A stretch of DNA of 64,000 nucleotides, taken from a virus. The notes under the pieces were generated by a model, which saw nothing but the letters and a program-made list of their open reading frames with translations, made no database searches and was not told where the DNA came from. The position numbers were made by a program, and so were the translations under genes. The DNA lies in the IMG/VR virus record IMGVR_UViG_3300030060_007200. The stretch is one strand, 5' to 3'. This document shows positions 39,117 through 49,365 of the stretch, piece after piece (the first letter of the stretch is position 1; each line of letters opens with the position of its first letter).

Positions 39117-42100
39117 TTATCTTATGCTACTATCAGCGTTTACTGCCTGTATCTGACTTTGTCCAGCAGCAGGTGTTGATATTACAAGTTGATTAGGATT
39201 TGTATCTGTAATTTCAACAACAGGACCTCCATCTATTGTATCTGTAACTGGCATGTTAAAGTCAGAACCTACAAGTTTACAACCTCCATATAACACATTA
39301 TTTTTTGCAAGTGAAATATAGTCTTGATGTTCAGCTCTTTTTAACGATCGGCTAACAGGTCTTATACCTGAACGATAAAATCCTTTTGAAAGTTCAGTTC
39401 CTGGATATCCACTCATACTAACTGATGAAAATTTACCACCTGTACTTCCACTATTACTCATGTTGTTTAACAATCCCATATAATGATATTCATAATCCCA
39501 ATATATTCTTGAAGCTCGTTGGTGATGGAAATATTTTATATTACCTCTATCATTCCATCTAGCTATTTTTACAGGACGTCGCACATGTCCATAAGCTGGG
39601 TGGTCGAATGCAAACTGCTTGTTCTTAAATGTGTCTGCCGAAAGTACCGATTGCGATGTATGTCTGTGCTGAAGATTGTCAAATCCAAAATACGTATCAG
39701 GTACAGTTTGTGCTGTAGTATCTGGTCCATAACCTATTGAAGCAGATAATGTACCATCAGATATATTAGATAAAAAGTCACCAGCATTTTCATAACTAGC
39801 TCCACCAATAACAACACTAGCGTTTGGATTATTATCCGGTAATGGCCCTCCGTTTGATGATGAGGGTACGTACCAAACCATGTTATCCCAATAATATCTT
39901 GAGCCATCTATATCTAAATCATGACCGTGGTGTTTTCTTGCATCTATATGCGCCTCGACCTCACCCGACGACTGGTCAGTTACAACAACACCATAACTAG
40001 AACCTGATTCAAGTGTTTGATATCCTGTGTGCGCTTGTATTGCCTTTGTTCCTGCTTGGTCTGAACCTGTTGACCATGCAAGATTTTTAGGGTTCTGCCA
40101 CTGGTGAAAAGGTCCACCTAGTGTTGTTGTATTTGCAGTAACTCTATATTTGCTTATATCAAGTGTACCTCCATAGTGGTTTTCCTCTACATATTCCTGT
40201 AAATTTTCAACCTTAGGTCTTTCCAATAAGTTTGCCTTAACCAAAAGTCCTACTTGAGCATTTGCTCTTGCAGGTATTAACATCTCTATCTGTCTAAATA
40301 ATGTATGGTCAATAAATTTAAGAATTCTTAAAAATTCAAAAAAGTTATATGGATTTGTGTGTTTTTTCCAATAAAAATTACGAAGTACTCTAAGTCTTTT
40401 ATATTCATCGTCTCTATAATCTAAAGGATTACCTACATAATTATGAAAATCAGCTCCACCTAATTCGTGAGCAATATCTAAATCTATTTCAAAGTGAGGT
40501 GCAAAATATACACCAAGTCTATTTGAGTCTAAAGGAGCTTTATCAAACTGGCTTCTTTCAACCTTCATTTTATCACTTAATCTACCTTGAAGCTTAGCAC
40601 TTTCTATTCTAACCTTGTCACTTATTTCTCTTGTTCTTACAAGGTCAGGCATTGCAGTATAATGTCTCTCTTCTTCGGTTGGCCAATCCTTGTTAACATC
40701 ACCATAAAACCTAGATGCGGTAGCATGTGTTTGATGATGAGGGAAAGAAGGCGTAAGACTTGAATATTGGTCGTATAATGTATTTACAGCCTGGTACTCA
40801 TCACCTGTGCTTGTCATATAGCGATGATTTACTTGAGGTGCTGATGATGGTAATACAACTCCATTTATCATACCTGCAGCGTGCCAGTTTGAAGATGTAA
40901 AGAAGTTAGCATTTGCTCTATTAAGGTCTAAACCTAAACTATGTCTTGCAGCTAATTGAGCGAACGACGATGTTGCAGAAACACCTTCTATAGAAAGCGG
41001 CGCTCTAACATGATTCCAAAATGGAGAAGGGTCACTACTTGTAGCATTATGATTGACGTGGTTAGGGTTCCAATAATTAAAGTGATATTGATGAGGTGGT
41101 ACATACCAAAATCTTATTTCTTGTAAAGAACCTGTATAACCTTGAGTAGGATTTCCAAGCGAGCTATTTAACTGGCCTGAACCCCATTGTATTTTTGTTA
41201 TAGCATCGTAAGACTCTTCATTAGAAACTGACAAGCTAAACGAACCTGTATGTGTTATTCTCGAATCTGAATGGTCGGGTGACTTTGCAACTGTTAATTC
41301 AAATATCTGTGCACCGGCTTGAAAGTTTGCCTTGTCTTTATTTCTACAAATCATTACTGTCCACCAATCATTATCATATAAAGGTAGATGTTCAGTACTT
41401 GCTGTTACATTTGTATTTGTAAATACATTGTTATTTATATCAACATATTCTAATCTTCCATATTTGTAATATGCTGATTTTGGATTTGTTGCTGATGGAT
41501 GAGGTATAATTCTAAGATTTGTTCTAGGGTTGACAGCACCGCTTTCATCATATCCTACAAATATAGATTGAGATACAGGGTGCCAGGTGTTGAACCTAAA
41601 TTCAATTGCATCAGCTGCTCTATCACCAGCACTAACTGTTTGGTATGGATGTACAGCCAATCTTGGCATTGGTGTTTCTAATATTGTTTGGTTATCCTTT
41701 CCAAATTCTAGTGAATAAGAAAACTTATCATATTTAACATAAGAATCTGTTTTCTTGGCTTTTTGCGGACCTCCATACTCAAATATTCTTAAAAGCGTTG
41801 GAGGCAAACCGTATGTTGTTGTTAGTGCACGTATACCTCTTTCACCACCTTTTGTTTTCATAAGATATGGAAGGTTGTTAAGCATTCTCTTCCAAGTCTC
41901 TCTAGATAAATCCTCGCGATTATTTAATTTTTTAGTTTGGTCTAAAGATGCGGTTATGTATTTAACAGAACCTGAGCGTACTACGTGCGCACCAGAACCT
42001 GATATATGTACGGCAAATGACTGGCTTGAATTTGCGTATGTGCCATCTTCATTTTGACCAAGCGCGTATTCCCAAAGGTCTGTAAAATGAAAACCTTGAT

Positions 42101-43544
42101 ATGATTCCCAACCAAATGACGATAATACATTGTATACAAGGTCTTTTGATAGTCCTTCATATAATGGATTACTACGCTTGTGTATTTGCATTGTGTAGTC
42201 AAGATAATTATATACAGTATCGAAATGGTGAGCTACCATATTTACAAATAATAAATAATTTTTATTATCCTCTCCATCACCTGCCTCTCTAATATGGAAA
42301 GGTATTGTATTTTCTAAATTGTGAGGATTATGTACATCATAATCTAATGCAACTGTTGATTGAGATGCAAACCAATTAACTGCTATAACATCATCTATTT
42401 TTCTATTTGTATATGGTTCAATGTCGTTAGATTTCGGCCACGTTCTTTCTACTCTTGAACCTTCACCCTGGTCAGGTTCGAACGAAGATGATTGAAAATA
42501 AAGATAACTTTCATATCCGTCAAATCCTTGAATAACCTCTTCTTTCTTTATTTTATACGAACCTAAATTTTGTTTTGTATGATAACCTGTATTAGACATT
42601 GCATTTATAGTTGCAATCTGACCATCATAATATTCAATCAGTCCTAATTTATACTTAAAGTTTTCTAATCTTTCTTTTGCAGAGCTAAAATGTACAAAGT
42701 TTTTATAGTTGTAATAATCTATATTTAGATGTGCTTGTTCATAAGCAGAGCCTGATGTGTATTTATTCATCAAGCTTTGTTTTGTTGTAGGGTTAGTACC
42801 TAATATAGAATTCCAAGTTTCCCAACCAGTCTCTCCACCAACACCTTTTGTTATATCCAATGTAAAATTAGGACCAGCAATAGCTTCTCCTACTGCAGGT
42901 TTTTCTTCAGGTATTAGTTTAATCATCTCAGTGTGAGATGTTACAACCTCTTTAACAATCCAAACTTGTTTCTTTAATTGTACGTCGCTAGGAAGAGGTT
43001 TGTATAATTTAAGAAGTATTCCATCATCATCATCTGACTGCCAGTTTGTTATAAGATATACATTGTTATCGCCACAATTAAGTAACAAATCCTGCCAATT
43101 ATCATCTACAAAATCTTCTATATTTTTACTTTGTAGTTCTTCAAACTGTTGTAAAAATTCTTCATCTGCAGAAGTTGTTCGTAATCTAATCTCTGTTCTA
43201 GAATCCGAAATTTCTGCCACATGCAATCCATTGTTTTCATTGTATGAGCCTAATACATCTCTAAAGAAATTATAGTGTACCTTATATAAACCTGAACTAA
43301 AACCTAAGTCCCTTATATCATTATGTATATCTAATTCTACTCTAGGTCTTCTTCTTTTTCTTCCTCTCTTTATATATCTATCAATTCTAAACGTATCGAT
43401 ATCATATTCTGTTGCCAGTAATGTTTCACCACCATATACATGAAGTTCGCACAGGTCAATCTCACCTTGTCCAAAGTTTGTAAACACCTTTTTTGAAGGT
43501 AGATTTTTTAAGTCCTCTATGTCGTATCTTTCTATTCTATCCAT
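39117..43544 (-). CDS. Large baseplate wedge protein (gp7-like)
   Basis: NNLPYLMKTKGGERGIRAL...YG...IFEYGG signature; located in the baseplate block. Confidence 0.7.
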   Translation of the reverse strand: MDRIERYDIEDLKNLPSKKVFTNFGQGEIDLCELHVYGGETLLATEYDIDTFRIDRYIKRGRKRRRPRVELDIHNDIRDLGFSSGLYKVHYNFFRDVLGSYNENNGLHVAEISDSRTEIRLRTTSADEEFLQQFEELQSKNIEDFVDDNWQDLLLNCGDNNVYLITNWQSDDDDGILLKLYKPLPSDVQLKKQVWIVKEVVTSHTEMIKLIPEEKPAVGEAIAGPNFTLDITKGVGGETGWETWNSILGTNPTTKQSLMNKYTSGSAYEQAHLNIDYYNYKNFVHFSSAKERLENFKYKLGLIEYYDGQIATINAMSNTGYHTKQNLGSYKIKKEEVIQGFDGYESYLYFQSSSFEPDQGEGSRVERTWPKSNDIEPYTNRKIDDVIAVNWFASQSTVALDYDVHNPHNLENTIPFHIREAGDGEDNKNYLLFVNMVAHHFDTVYNYLDYTMQIHKRSNPLYEGLSKDLVYNVLSSFGWESYQGFHFTDLWEYALGQNEDGTYANSSQSFAVHISGSGAHVVRSGSVKYITASLDQTKKLNNREDLSRETWKRMLNNLPYLMKTKGGERGIRALTTTYGLPPTLLRIFEYGGPQKAKKTDSYVKYDKFSYSLEFGKDNQTILETPMPRLAVHPYQTVSAGDRAADAIEFRFNTWHPVSQSIFVGYDESGAVNPRTNLRIIPHPSATNPKSAYYKYGRLEYVDINNNVFTNTNVTASTEHLPLYDNDWWTVMICRNKDKANFQAGAQIFELTVAKSPDHSDSRITHTGSFSLSVSNEESYDAITKIQWGSGQLNSSLGNPTQGYTGSLQEIRFWYVPPHQYHFNYWNPNHVNHNATSSDPSPFWNHVRAPLSIEGVSATSSFAQLAARHSLGLDLNRANANFFTSSNWHAAGMINGVVLPSSAPQVNHRYMTSTGDEYQAVNTLYDQYSSLTPSFPHHQTHATASRFYGDVNKDWPTEEERHYTAMPDLVRTREISDKVRIESAKLQGRLSDKMKVERSQFDKAPLDSNRLGVYFAPHFEIDLDIAHELGGADFHNYVGNPLDYRDDEYKRLRVLRNFYWKKHTNPYNFFEFLRILKFIDHTLFRQIEMLIPARANAQVGLLVKANLLERPKVENLQEYVEENHYGGTLDISKYRVTANTTTLGGPFHQWQNPKNLAWSTGSDQAGTKAIQAHTGYQTLESGSSYGVVVTDQSSGEVEAHIDARKHHGHDLDIDGSRYYWDNMVWYVPSSSNGGPLPDNNPNASVVIGGASYENAGDFLSNISDGTLSASIGYGPDTTAQTVPDTYFGFDNLQHRHTSQSVLSADTFKNKQFAFDHPAYGHVRRPVKIARWNDRGNIKYFHHQRASRIYWDYEYHYMGLLNNMSNSGSTGGKFSSVSMSGYPGTELSKGFYRSGIRPVSRSLKRAEHQDYISLAKNNVLYGGCKLVGSDFNMPVTDTIDGGPVVEITDTNPNQLVISTPAAGQSQIQAVNADSSIR

Positions 43545-44817
43545 TGTAAACCGGTATGTTATTATCGCCTTGTATCAAATAAGGATTTTTACTATTTTCA
43601 TTTAATATTTCTATATCTGAAAAATCTCTAGGATATTCCATATCTTCTCTATGGTCATAGTATACATTCGCATTAGGGAATGAATATACATCATTAGAAT
43701 CAGACCAATATACTGTAGGACTATTATTATATTTCCAGTAGCCCATCTTTCTTTGTAGGTTAGATTGTATTGTATTTCCTTTCATAGAATTATCTTTAAT
43801 CCATTTGATTTTTGGATTTATATTCCAAGGTCGTTTTGTTATACCTCGTCCTGACCTAGCCTGTTGTCTTTCGAAAGATCGAGTTTGAGGATTATATCTC
43901 ATCTGCACCCATTGTTCTTCTTCTATAAAATAATCTTTATATGGTCTATTTTTTGGATGTCGTTTATCATATCCTTTTGTAGTACTTATAGGTGTCCACT
44001 CAAATCTTCCTGTAGGAATGTCGTTGTCACTACCTCCCATAATCTCTTTTATTCTTCCGTCTCTATATACATTGACATAGTGAGCAATTGTATTTGTTGT
44101 ACCTTTGTCGTTCTTTACTTCACAGTAATATCTACCAGTAGTCGATCGTTGTACATCATTAAGTACTAGTTTTCTTCCTTTACCTATAACTTTATTTTGT
44201 ACATCTGTATCAAAATTACGTTTTGTGTCTGCTGAAAAATACCAGGTAAATTGCAATAGGTCTCTATTTTTATTTCCTTTTTTATCTATATAGTTATATG
44301 CATTACATACAAATACAATTATTCCATTTGCCCAGCTAGATAATACATGTGTTTCTCCTATGTTATATGCTAGTCTTCTTGCACCTGCAATACCTTTGTC
44401 TGCTTTGTGGTATGTTACGTTTTCATATTCAAACTGGTCAACTATAGGTGTTCCATAATCTGGCTTTGCGGCTTTTGTTAGTTCTGTAAATTTTGTATCA
44501 GAAAATCTTTCTGTAGTGTCTCTATCAAATACATATCTTGCAGATGCTATTTCTAATTTCCACATATCTATATTTTCTCTAGATATAATTACACCAGCAC
44601 CGTTTCTTTCGTTTTCTTTTTTATCAATGTCGAATTCAAATTTTTCTCGTAGTACATAATTTTTATCGCTATGAAAATCATCGCCTTTTATTGATGTTGC
44701 GGCTCTAATAGGACTTACAGGCTTGCCTCTAACAATTATTTGACGTCCAGGAGTTTTAGTAACTCTTGCGTCTCTAACAAACTTTCTTTTATTACTTTTG
44801 TTTTTATTATGTGGCAT
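43537..44817 (-). CDS. Virion protein with an immunoglobulin-like domain
   Basis: FVC...FTWY...LVLNDVQRSTTGRYYCEVKNDKG matches the I-set Ig pattern. Confidence 0.65.
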   Translation of the reverse strand: MPHNKNKSNKRKFVRDARVTKTPGRQIIVRGKPVSPIRAATSIKGDDFHSDKNYVLREKFEFDIDKKENERNGAGVIISRENIDMWKLEIASARYVFDRDTTERFSDTKFTELTKAAKPDYGTPIVDQFEYENVTYHKADKGIAGARRLAYNIGETHVLSSWANGIIVFVCNAYNYIDKKGNKNRDLLQFTWYFSADTKRNFDTDVQNKVIGKGRKLVLNDVQRSTTGRYYCEVKNDKGTTNTIAHYVNVYRDGRIKEIMGGSDNDIPTGRFEWTPISTTKGYDKRHPKNRPYKDYFIEEEQWVQMRYNPQTRSFERQQARSGRGITKRPWNINPKIKWIKDNSMKGNTIQSNLQRKMGYWKYNNSPTVYWSDSNDVYSFPNANVYYDHREDMEYPRDFSDIEILNENSKNPYLIQGDNNIPVYNG

Positions 44818-45992
44818 TATCTTACAACCTTAAATACATCTTTGATAGGATAGTAACCAATTGTATTTGTACTACTTCCACTTTCAAATAATTTTATTTC
44901 TAATTGATAATATCTTTCAGGACTTAAATTTGTTGAAAATATCTCAAAATAATTACCTTGCGTATCTAGACTTATTTTTGTAAATGTAGTGTCATAAGGT
45001 ATAACGGTTTCTCCTGTTTTAAGGTCTTTAACTGAATAGAATGCTGAACCAGAAGGTAAGTACTTTATTGATAAATCTGCTGATGTATTCGAATATGTTT
45101 TTGTAGGATATTTTTCTCTACCTACAATTCTAAATTTAATTTTTTCACCAAATTTATAACTACCTCTATTGTTTCTTAGATATATAAAAATCCTATCTGG
45201 ATAAGTTGTATCTAATTCTGATAATGATGATGCTGTCCATTTAGAATCATCCCAACAAAACTCTAATCTAGGTTGATATATTGTATGAGTATCAGATGAG
45301 TAAAATGAGAACGAGCCTAATTTTGAATTATCAACCTCAGCTCCTGTATCTCTTTTAATCATAAACCCTTGATTTGTTATTTTTGTAAGCCCGTTTACTC
45401 CGGCAGATGCCGTCATTTTTGCAATCCAATATGATACATCAAATTTTATATCTGTTCTTAAAGTATGACCTACATCATATAAATGAAAAGGTGTGTGTGC
45501 AGCAGTACTATCTATTGAGTGAGTTGAACCACCATACTGTATTATATTATCACTGTTTTTCCAAAAATTGCCACCATGCTCATCTAGATAATTCCAACTA
45601 CAACCTTCTGTTGTTATTGGCGTATTACTTCTTCTACCTATACCTGGTGACCATGATTGAGATATAGCCTTTACCTCTAAATAATCTGATGTACCTAATA
45701 ATTTATCTTGATTAGCAGAATAAAATTTTAGAAATGTAGTAGGTGGTGAAAACTCTGTACCATCTGGATTTGTAAATGTATTTAATGTATCTGAGCCGGA
45801 TTTTATAGAATCTGGCAAATCAAATTTAATTAAAAATCTAGAATTAAAAGGTCCAAATCCTAGTGAGCTAGACATCTCTTTTTTAATTTCAAGTATCTCA
45901 TCGATTCCTGTATTTGCGCTTGCAGAAAACACTCCATCTTTTACCTTTTCGTAAAGTGTTGCATCAACTGAAGATGTAATTGAATAAATCAT
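44817..45992 (-). CDS. Baseplate-associated structural protein
   Basis: DATLY...NTGIDEILEI...SRFLIKFDL...FYSSDTHTIYQPRLE (DNRLRE-like). Confidence 0.65.
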   Translation of the reverse strand: MIYSITSSVDATLYEKVKDGVFSASANTGIDEILEIKKEMSSSLGFGPFNSRFLIKFDLPDSIKSGSDTLNTFTNPDGTEFSPPTTFLKFYSANQDKLLGTSDYLEVKAISQSWSPGIGRRSNTPITTEGCSWNYLDEHGGNFWKNSDNIIQYGGSTHSIDSTAAHTPFHLYDVGHTLRTDIKFDVSYWIAKMTASAGVNGLTKITNQGFMIKRDTGAEVDNSKLGSFSFYSSDTHTIYQPRLEFCWDDSKWTASSLSELDTTYPDRIFIYLRNNRGSYKFGEKIKFRIVGREKYPTKTYSNTSADLSIKYLPSGSAFYSVKDLKTGETVIPYDTTFTKISLDTQGNYFEIFSTNLSPERYYQLEIKLFESGSSTNTIGYYPIKDVFKVVR

Positions 45993-45994
45993 TT

Positions 45995-47920
45995 TTAGTA
46001 CCCTACAATTCTACCTTTAATATCGGTGTCTAAATTTTTAACTTCAAATATACATGGGTCCATTGAAGGATATACAACTCCGTCCCTCGTAGCGCCTTTT
46101 ATATCATATATGTTTCCACTATAACCTGATTCTCTATCAAAAAGATTAAATATTCTCAAGCTTTTAACAGTTTGTACTCCTTCTACTTTATCTAATTCTG
46201 TAGCTATTTTAGGAAGTATTATTGGTTCGTTTATTGACCAGTTATCCGGGTCAAATATACATCGTAATTTTTTAATGCATCGAAGCAACACATCTTTATT
46301 TTGATAACCTGGTCTAGGTAAAACACCAAAATCTACACCTATGTTTATTATGTGTGCGTCTTTAATGTTTATTGCATCAGTTAACATTCTATATTGAGAA
46401 AGATATGTTTGCATATTCTTCTTTGCCAACGGTGTTAAAGGTACATAATTTTTATTATCATTATATGCCAATGCGTATAGGTTAATAGCAAGAGGATTTT
46501 TTATTTCATGAGTACCTACAGTCTGAATCCAATACTGCTCATCTTTATCTAAATATGCCTTAGCTATAGAACCGAATTTTGCTGGCATCGCATATATTCT
46601 TGCAATATAATCTTCTCTTGTTACAGCTCTGTTTTGAGATGCGAAGTGAGCAAGTGCATTATATTTTATATCGTCTGTTGTTTCAGCAGAACGACCTCCT
46701 ACTGCAGGTTTTAGATTTATTGTAGCAAGGGACTCTTTAACTGTTTTTACAGTTGATGATGGCAACCCATCTTCTTCTAAAAACACTGAGCTTTCTATAA
46801 TTGTATCTATTGTTCTTGCAGCTACATTTGATATTATTCCACCACCTGCAATATATTTTATTGTCAATGTTGTATCTCTAGGTGCTTCACCATATTGTCT
46901 TGTAAACATTGTGTTTGCCGGGTCAAAAGCTATATCAACATAAGTTGTACCGTTCATATAGTTCTGTGTAGTATTACCATAAGGTAAAGCAAGACCTACG
47001 TTTGAAGGACTAGGAACGATTACCTCATCCGGCTGAGAAGAAACACCAGAACCAAACCACAGCTGTGTCATGTTATTTGCTTTTGTGTGAGTTGTAAATC
47101 TACGAGCAGTCCTTCTTAATTTAAGAATATAAGGTGCGTCATAATTATAAGCAGACATTGACGGGTCAGATGTCCAATTATTTATTACGTCTTCAAATAT
47201 ATTATCCTGTGCAAGGTAGTCAACCTCGTACCATTTATTGCCATCGCTATCTCTACAATCAACTATTGCAACAACATCATCTTTTGCAAGTGTTATTTTA
47301 TCGAATTTTTTAGGGTCAGTAAATACAAATTCTTCTGTTTCAATTTTACCTGCCATAGCACTTACTTCTTTCTTAAGAAGATAATATGTAGGTTCTCCTG
47401 TCGTGTCATCAATTTGGTATACTGATATTTCTGTTGGATTTGCAGAACTACTTGCCTTGAAGTCTACCTTGTCTTGTGTAATAAATTCAGAATCACCTCC
47501 ACTTAATACCATACCTTCTGCAACTTCCATTGCATATCTCATATCTGGTTTTACAACACCACCTCCTGGAAATATTGCAGGTACAATTTGATATACAGAT
47601 ATTTCTGCCAATGAAGGTACAGATGCATTTGTTTTATATCCAAGAGCTCTAGCTAAATCTACAACATTTGCTCTTTCTTCTGCATGCATTAACATGCTTT
47701 CTTTAAGTTGGTCATCGACGTAATATGATAAAGAGTCACCAACATAAGATGCCATTTCTATAAACATCATACCTGGTGATGATTCGTTAAAATCGTTATA
47801 TGTTTCAGGGAAATAAGATTTTGCAAACTTTATTAAATCATTTCTAAAGCCACTAAAATCTTTATTAAGATACTTTATATCCTTTACCTGTCTTTTATCT
47901 AAATTACAATCATTTGCCAT
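45995..47920 (-). CDS. Baseplate wedge subunit (gp6-like)
   Basis: DFNESSPGMMFIEMASYVGD, LARALGYK and QNRAVTREDY motifs. Confidence 0.92.
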   Translation of the reverse strand: MANDCNLDKRQVKDIKYLNKDFSGFRNDLIKFAKSYFPETYNDFNESSPGMMFIEMASYVGDSLSYYVDDQLKESMLMHAEERANVVDLARALGYKTNASVPSLAEISVYQIVPAIFPGGGVVKPDMRYAMEVAEGMVLSGGDSEFITQDKVDFKASSSANPTEISVYQIDDTTGEPTYYLLKKEVSAMAGKIETEEFVFTDPKKFDKITLAKDDVVAIVDCRDSDGNKWYEVDYLAQDNIFEDVINNWTSDPSMSAYNYDAPYILKLRRTARRFTTHTKANNMTQLWFGSGVSSQPDEVIVPSPSNVGLALPYGNTTQNYMNGTTYVDIAFDPANTMFTRQYGEAPRDTTLTIKYIAGGGIISNVAARTIDTIIESSVFLEEDGLPSSTVKTVKESLATINLKPAVGGRSAETTDDIKYNALAHFASQNRAVTREDYIARIYAMPAKFGSIAKAYLDKDEQYWIQTVGTHEIKNPLAINLYALAYNDNKNYVPLTPLAKKNMQTYLSQYRMLTDAINIKDAHIINIGVDFGVLPRPGYQNKDVLLRCIKKLRCIFDPDNWSINEPIILPKIATELDKVEGVQTVKSLRIFNLFDRESGYSGNIYDIKGATRDGVVYPSMDPCIFEVKNLDTDIKGRIVGY

Positions 47921-48444
47921 TATAAGTCACCTATTTCTAATGCAATTGTTTGAGTGTCCATAGCATTACCTTTGAACATCGACCAATCTATTTTTATATT
48001 CATTCTGTTACCATTTGTAGGAGGTTGTTCTACATTAACAGACTTTAGGTCTACATAAGGAAGCCATATAGCTACCTGCTCCTTAATCAATTCTTCTAAA
48101 CCTTCTCTTAAATCTGGTGTATTATTTTCAAAAAGAGATTTCCATACATCGCAACCAAATTGAGGATGCATAGGTCTTTCACCTCTGTTTGTAAGTACAA
48201 GATTTATTAGATTAGATTTTGTTTGCTCTACTGTTGTATAAGATTGTTGAAAATCACCTCCATCTTTACCTTTACTACTTTCGTTTCTAGGTATTACAGC
48301 CGTGTTACTTCCAGAAGGTGCCAATATTTCATAGCTATATCTTCTTTCAGCACTTGCATTATTTGTAAGAGGTAGTGTTAAACCTATTGCTACATCTCTT
48401 TCAAAATCAAGCGGGTTGTATTTATATTGAGGTCTTTTTCTCAT
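47920..48444 (-). CDS. Baseplate wedge / sheath initiator (gp25-like)
   Basis: NLINLVLTNRGERPMHPQFGC...LFE...WLPYV. Confidence 0.92.
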   Translation of the reverse strand: MRKRPQYKYNPLDFERDVAIGLTLPLTNNASAERRYSYEILAPSGSNTAVIPRNESSKGKDGGDFQQSYTTVEQTKSNLINLVLTNRGERPMHPQFGCDVWKSLFENNTPDLREGLEELIKEQVAIWLPYVDLKSVNVEQPPTNGNRMNIKIDWSMFKGNAMDTQTIALEIGDL

Positions 48445-48836
48445 TACTTAAATCTTTTTACTAACTCTGAATAATCTCTTGTTAATGCTTTATCTAAACC
48501 ATCACCTAAATTAGATACGTCTACAGGTCTGTTGTTTATATCTGTCATTTGAGTTGCAGGACTTGCATTACCTTGCATTGCCATAAATTGACTTCTCATG
48601 TCACTCTTAAAATTACCCATTGTAGGATAATCTTCAAATTCACCTATTGATGTATCGTTTAATACCTCGTTTAGCATAGGGTTGTTAGTGTAATTTTTTG
48701 TAACCTTTTTTGCTTTTGTTTTTGATACCTGCTTCTCCATCACATTCATCGCCTCATTAAGCTCTCGCTTAACTTGACTTTTTATTTCAATTTTTACAAC
48801 CTCTCGAATAAGTTTTACCAATTCTTTTTTTGTCAT
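48444..48836 (-). CDS. Hypothetical protein (late-expressed)
   Basis: Start moved to MTKKELVKLIREVV; AGGAG at 48844-48848; late motif at 48859. Confidence 0.75.
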   Translation of the reverse strand: MTKKELVKLIREVVKIEIKSQVKRELNEAMNVMEKQVSKTKAKKVTKNYTNNPMLNEVLNDTSIGEFEDYPTMGNFKSDMRSQFMAMQGNASPATQMTDINNRPVDVSNLGDGLDKALTRDYSELVKRFK

Positions 48837-48882
48837 GTGTACACTCCTTAGCTTTATATATAAATATCTTAAAGAATTGTTT

Positions 48883-49365
48883 TTACACCCAAGGACCGGT
48901 TGCACCGTTAGATGTTTGTGTCCAAGTACCTTGTTGTAACCAGTTTGCTATTACCTGTCCACAATTCATAGCCCATTGTGTATGAGGCAAACCACCCATT
49001 CCTGATGGGAATGTATTTTCTATAGGGCATTGAGTTGGTGGTATTGCTGCAAATGCAGGTAAACAACCTGGTGCGTATGTAGCATAGAATGCGTCTATAC
49101 CTGCCTTTATTATATTACCTTGTGTATCGGCAACATGACTTGTTCCGGATATTACACCAAACGCTGCTGCTTCTGCAGCTGCTATTGTTGCTGATGGTGG
49201 AAATATAGAAGGCGACGCAAGTTTTAGAGATTCTGCCCAAGCTTTTGCAGTTCCTGGTGAAGCCACACCTGATACGTCTCCAGCTGGAGGACCTTGAAAC
49301 AAAGGTGATTCGGCATCAAAATATTTTGCCATGTTGTTTGCAAATATCGGCACTAAAAAAGGCAT
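48883..49365 (-). CDS. Baseplate-cluster hypothetical protein
   Basis: 160 aa, A/G/P-rich; downstream of the spike-like gene. Confidence 0.7.
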   Translation of the reverse strand: MPFLVPIFANNMAKYFDAESPLFQGPPAGDVSGVASPGTAKAWAESLKLASPSIFPPSATIAAAEAAAFGVISGTSHVADTQGNIIKAGIDAFYATYAPGCLPAFAAIPPTQCPIENTFPSGMGGLPHTQWAMNCGQVIANWLQQGTWTQTSNGATGPWV

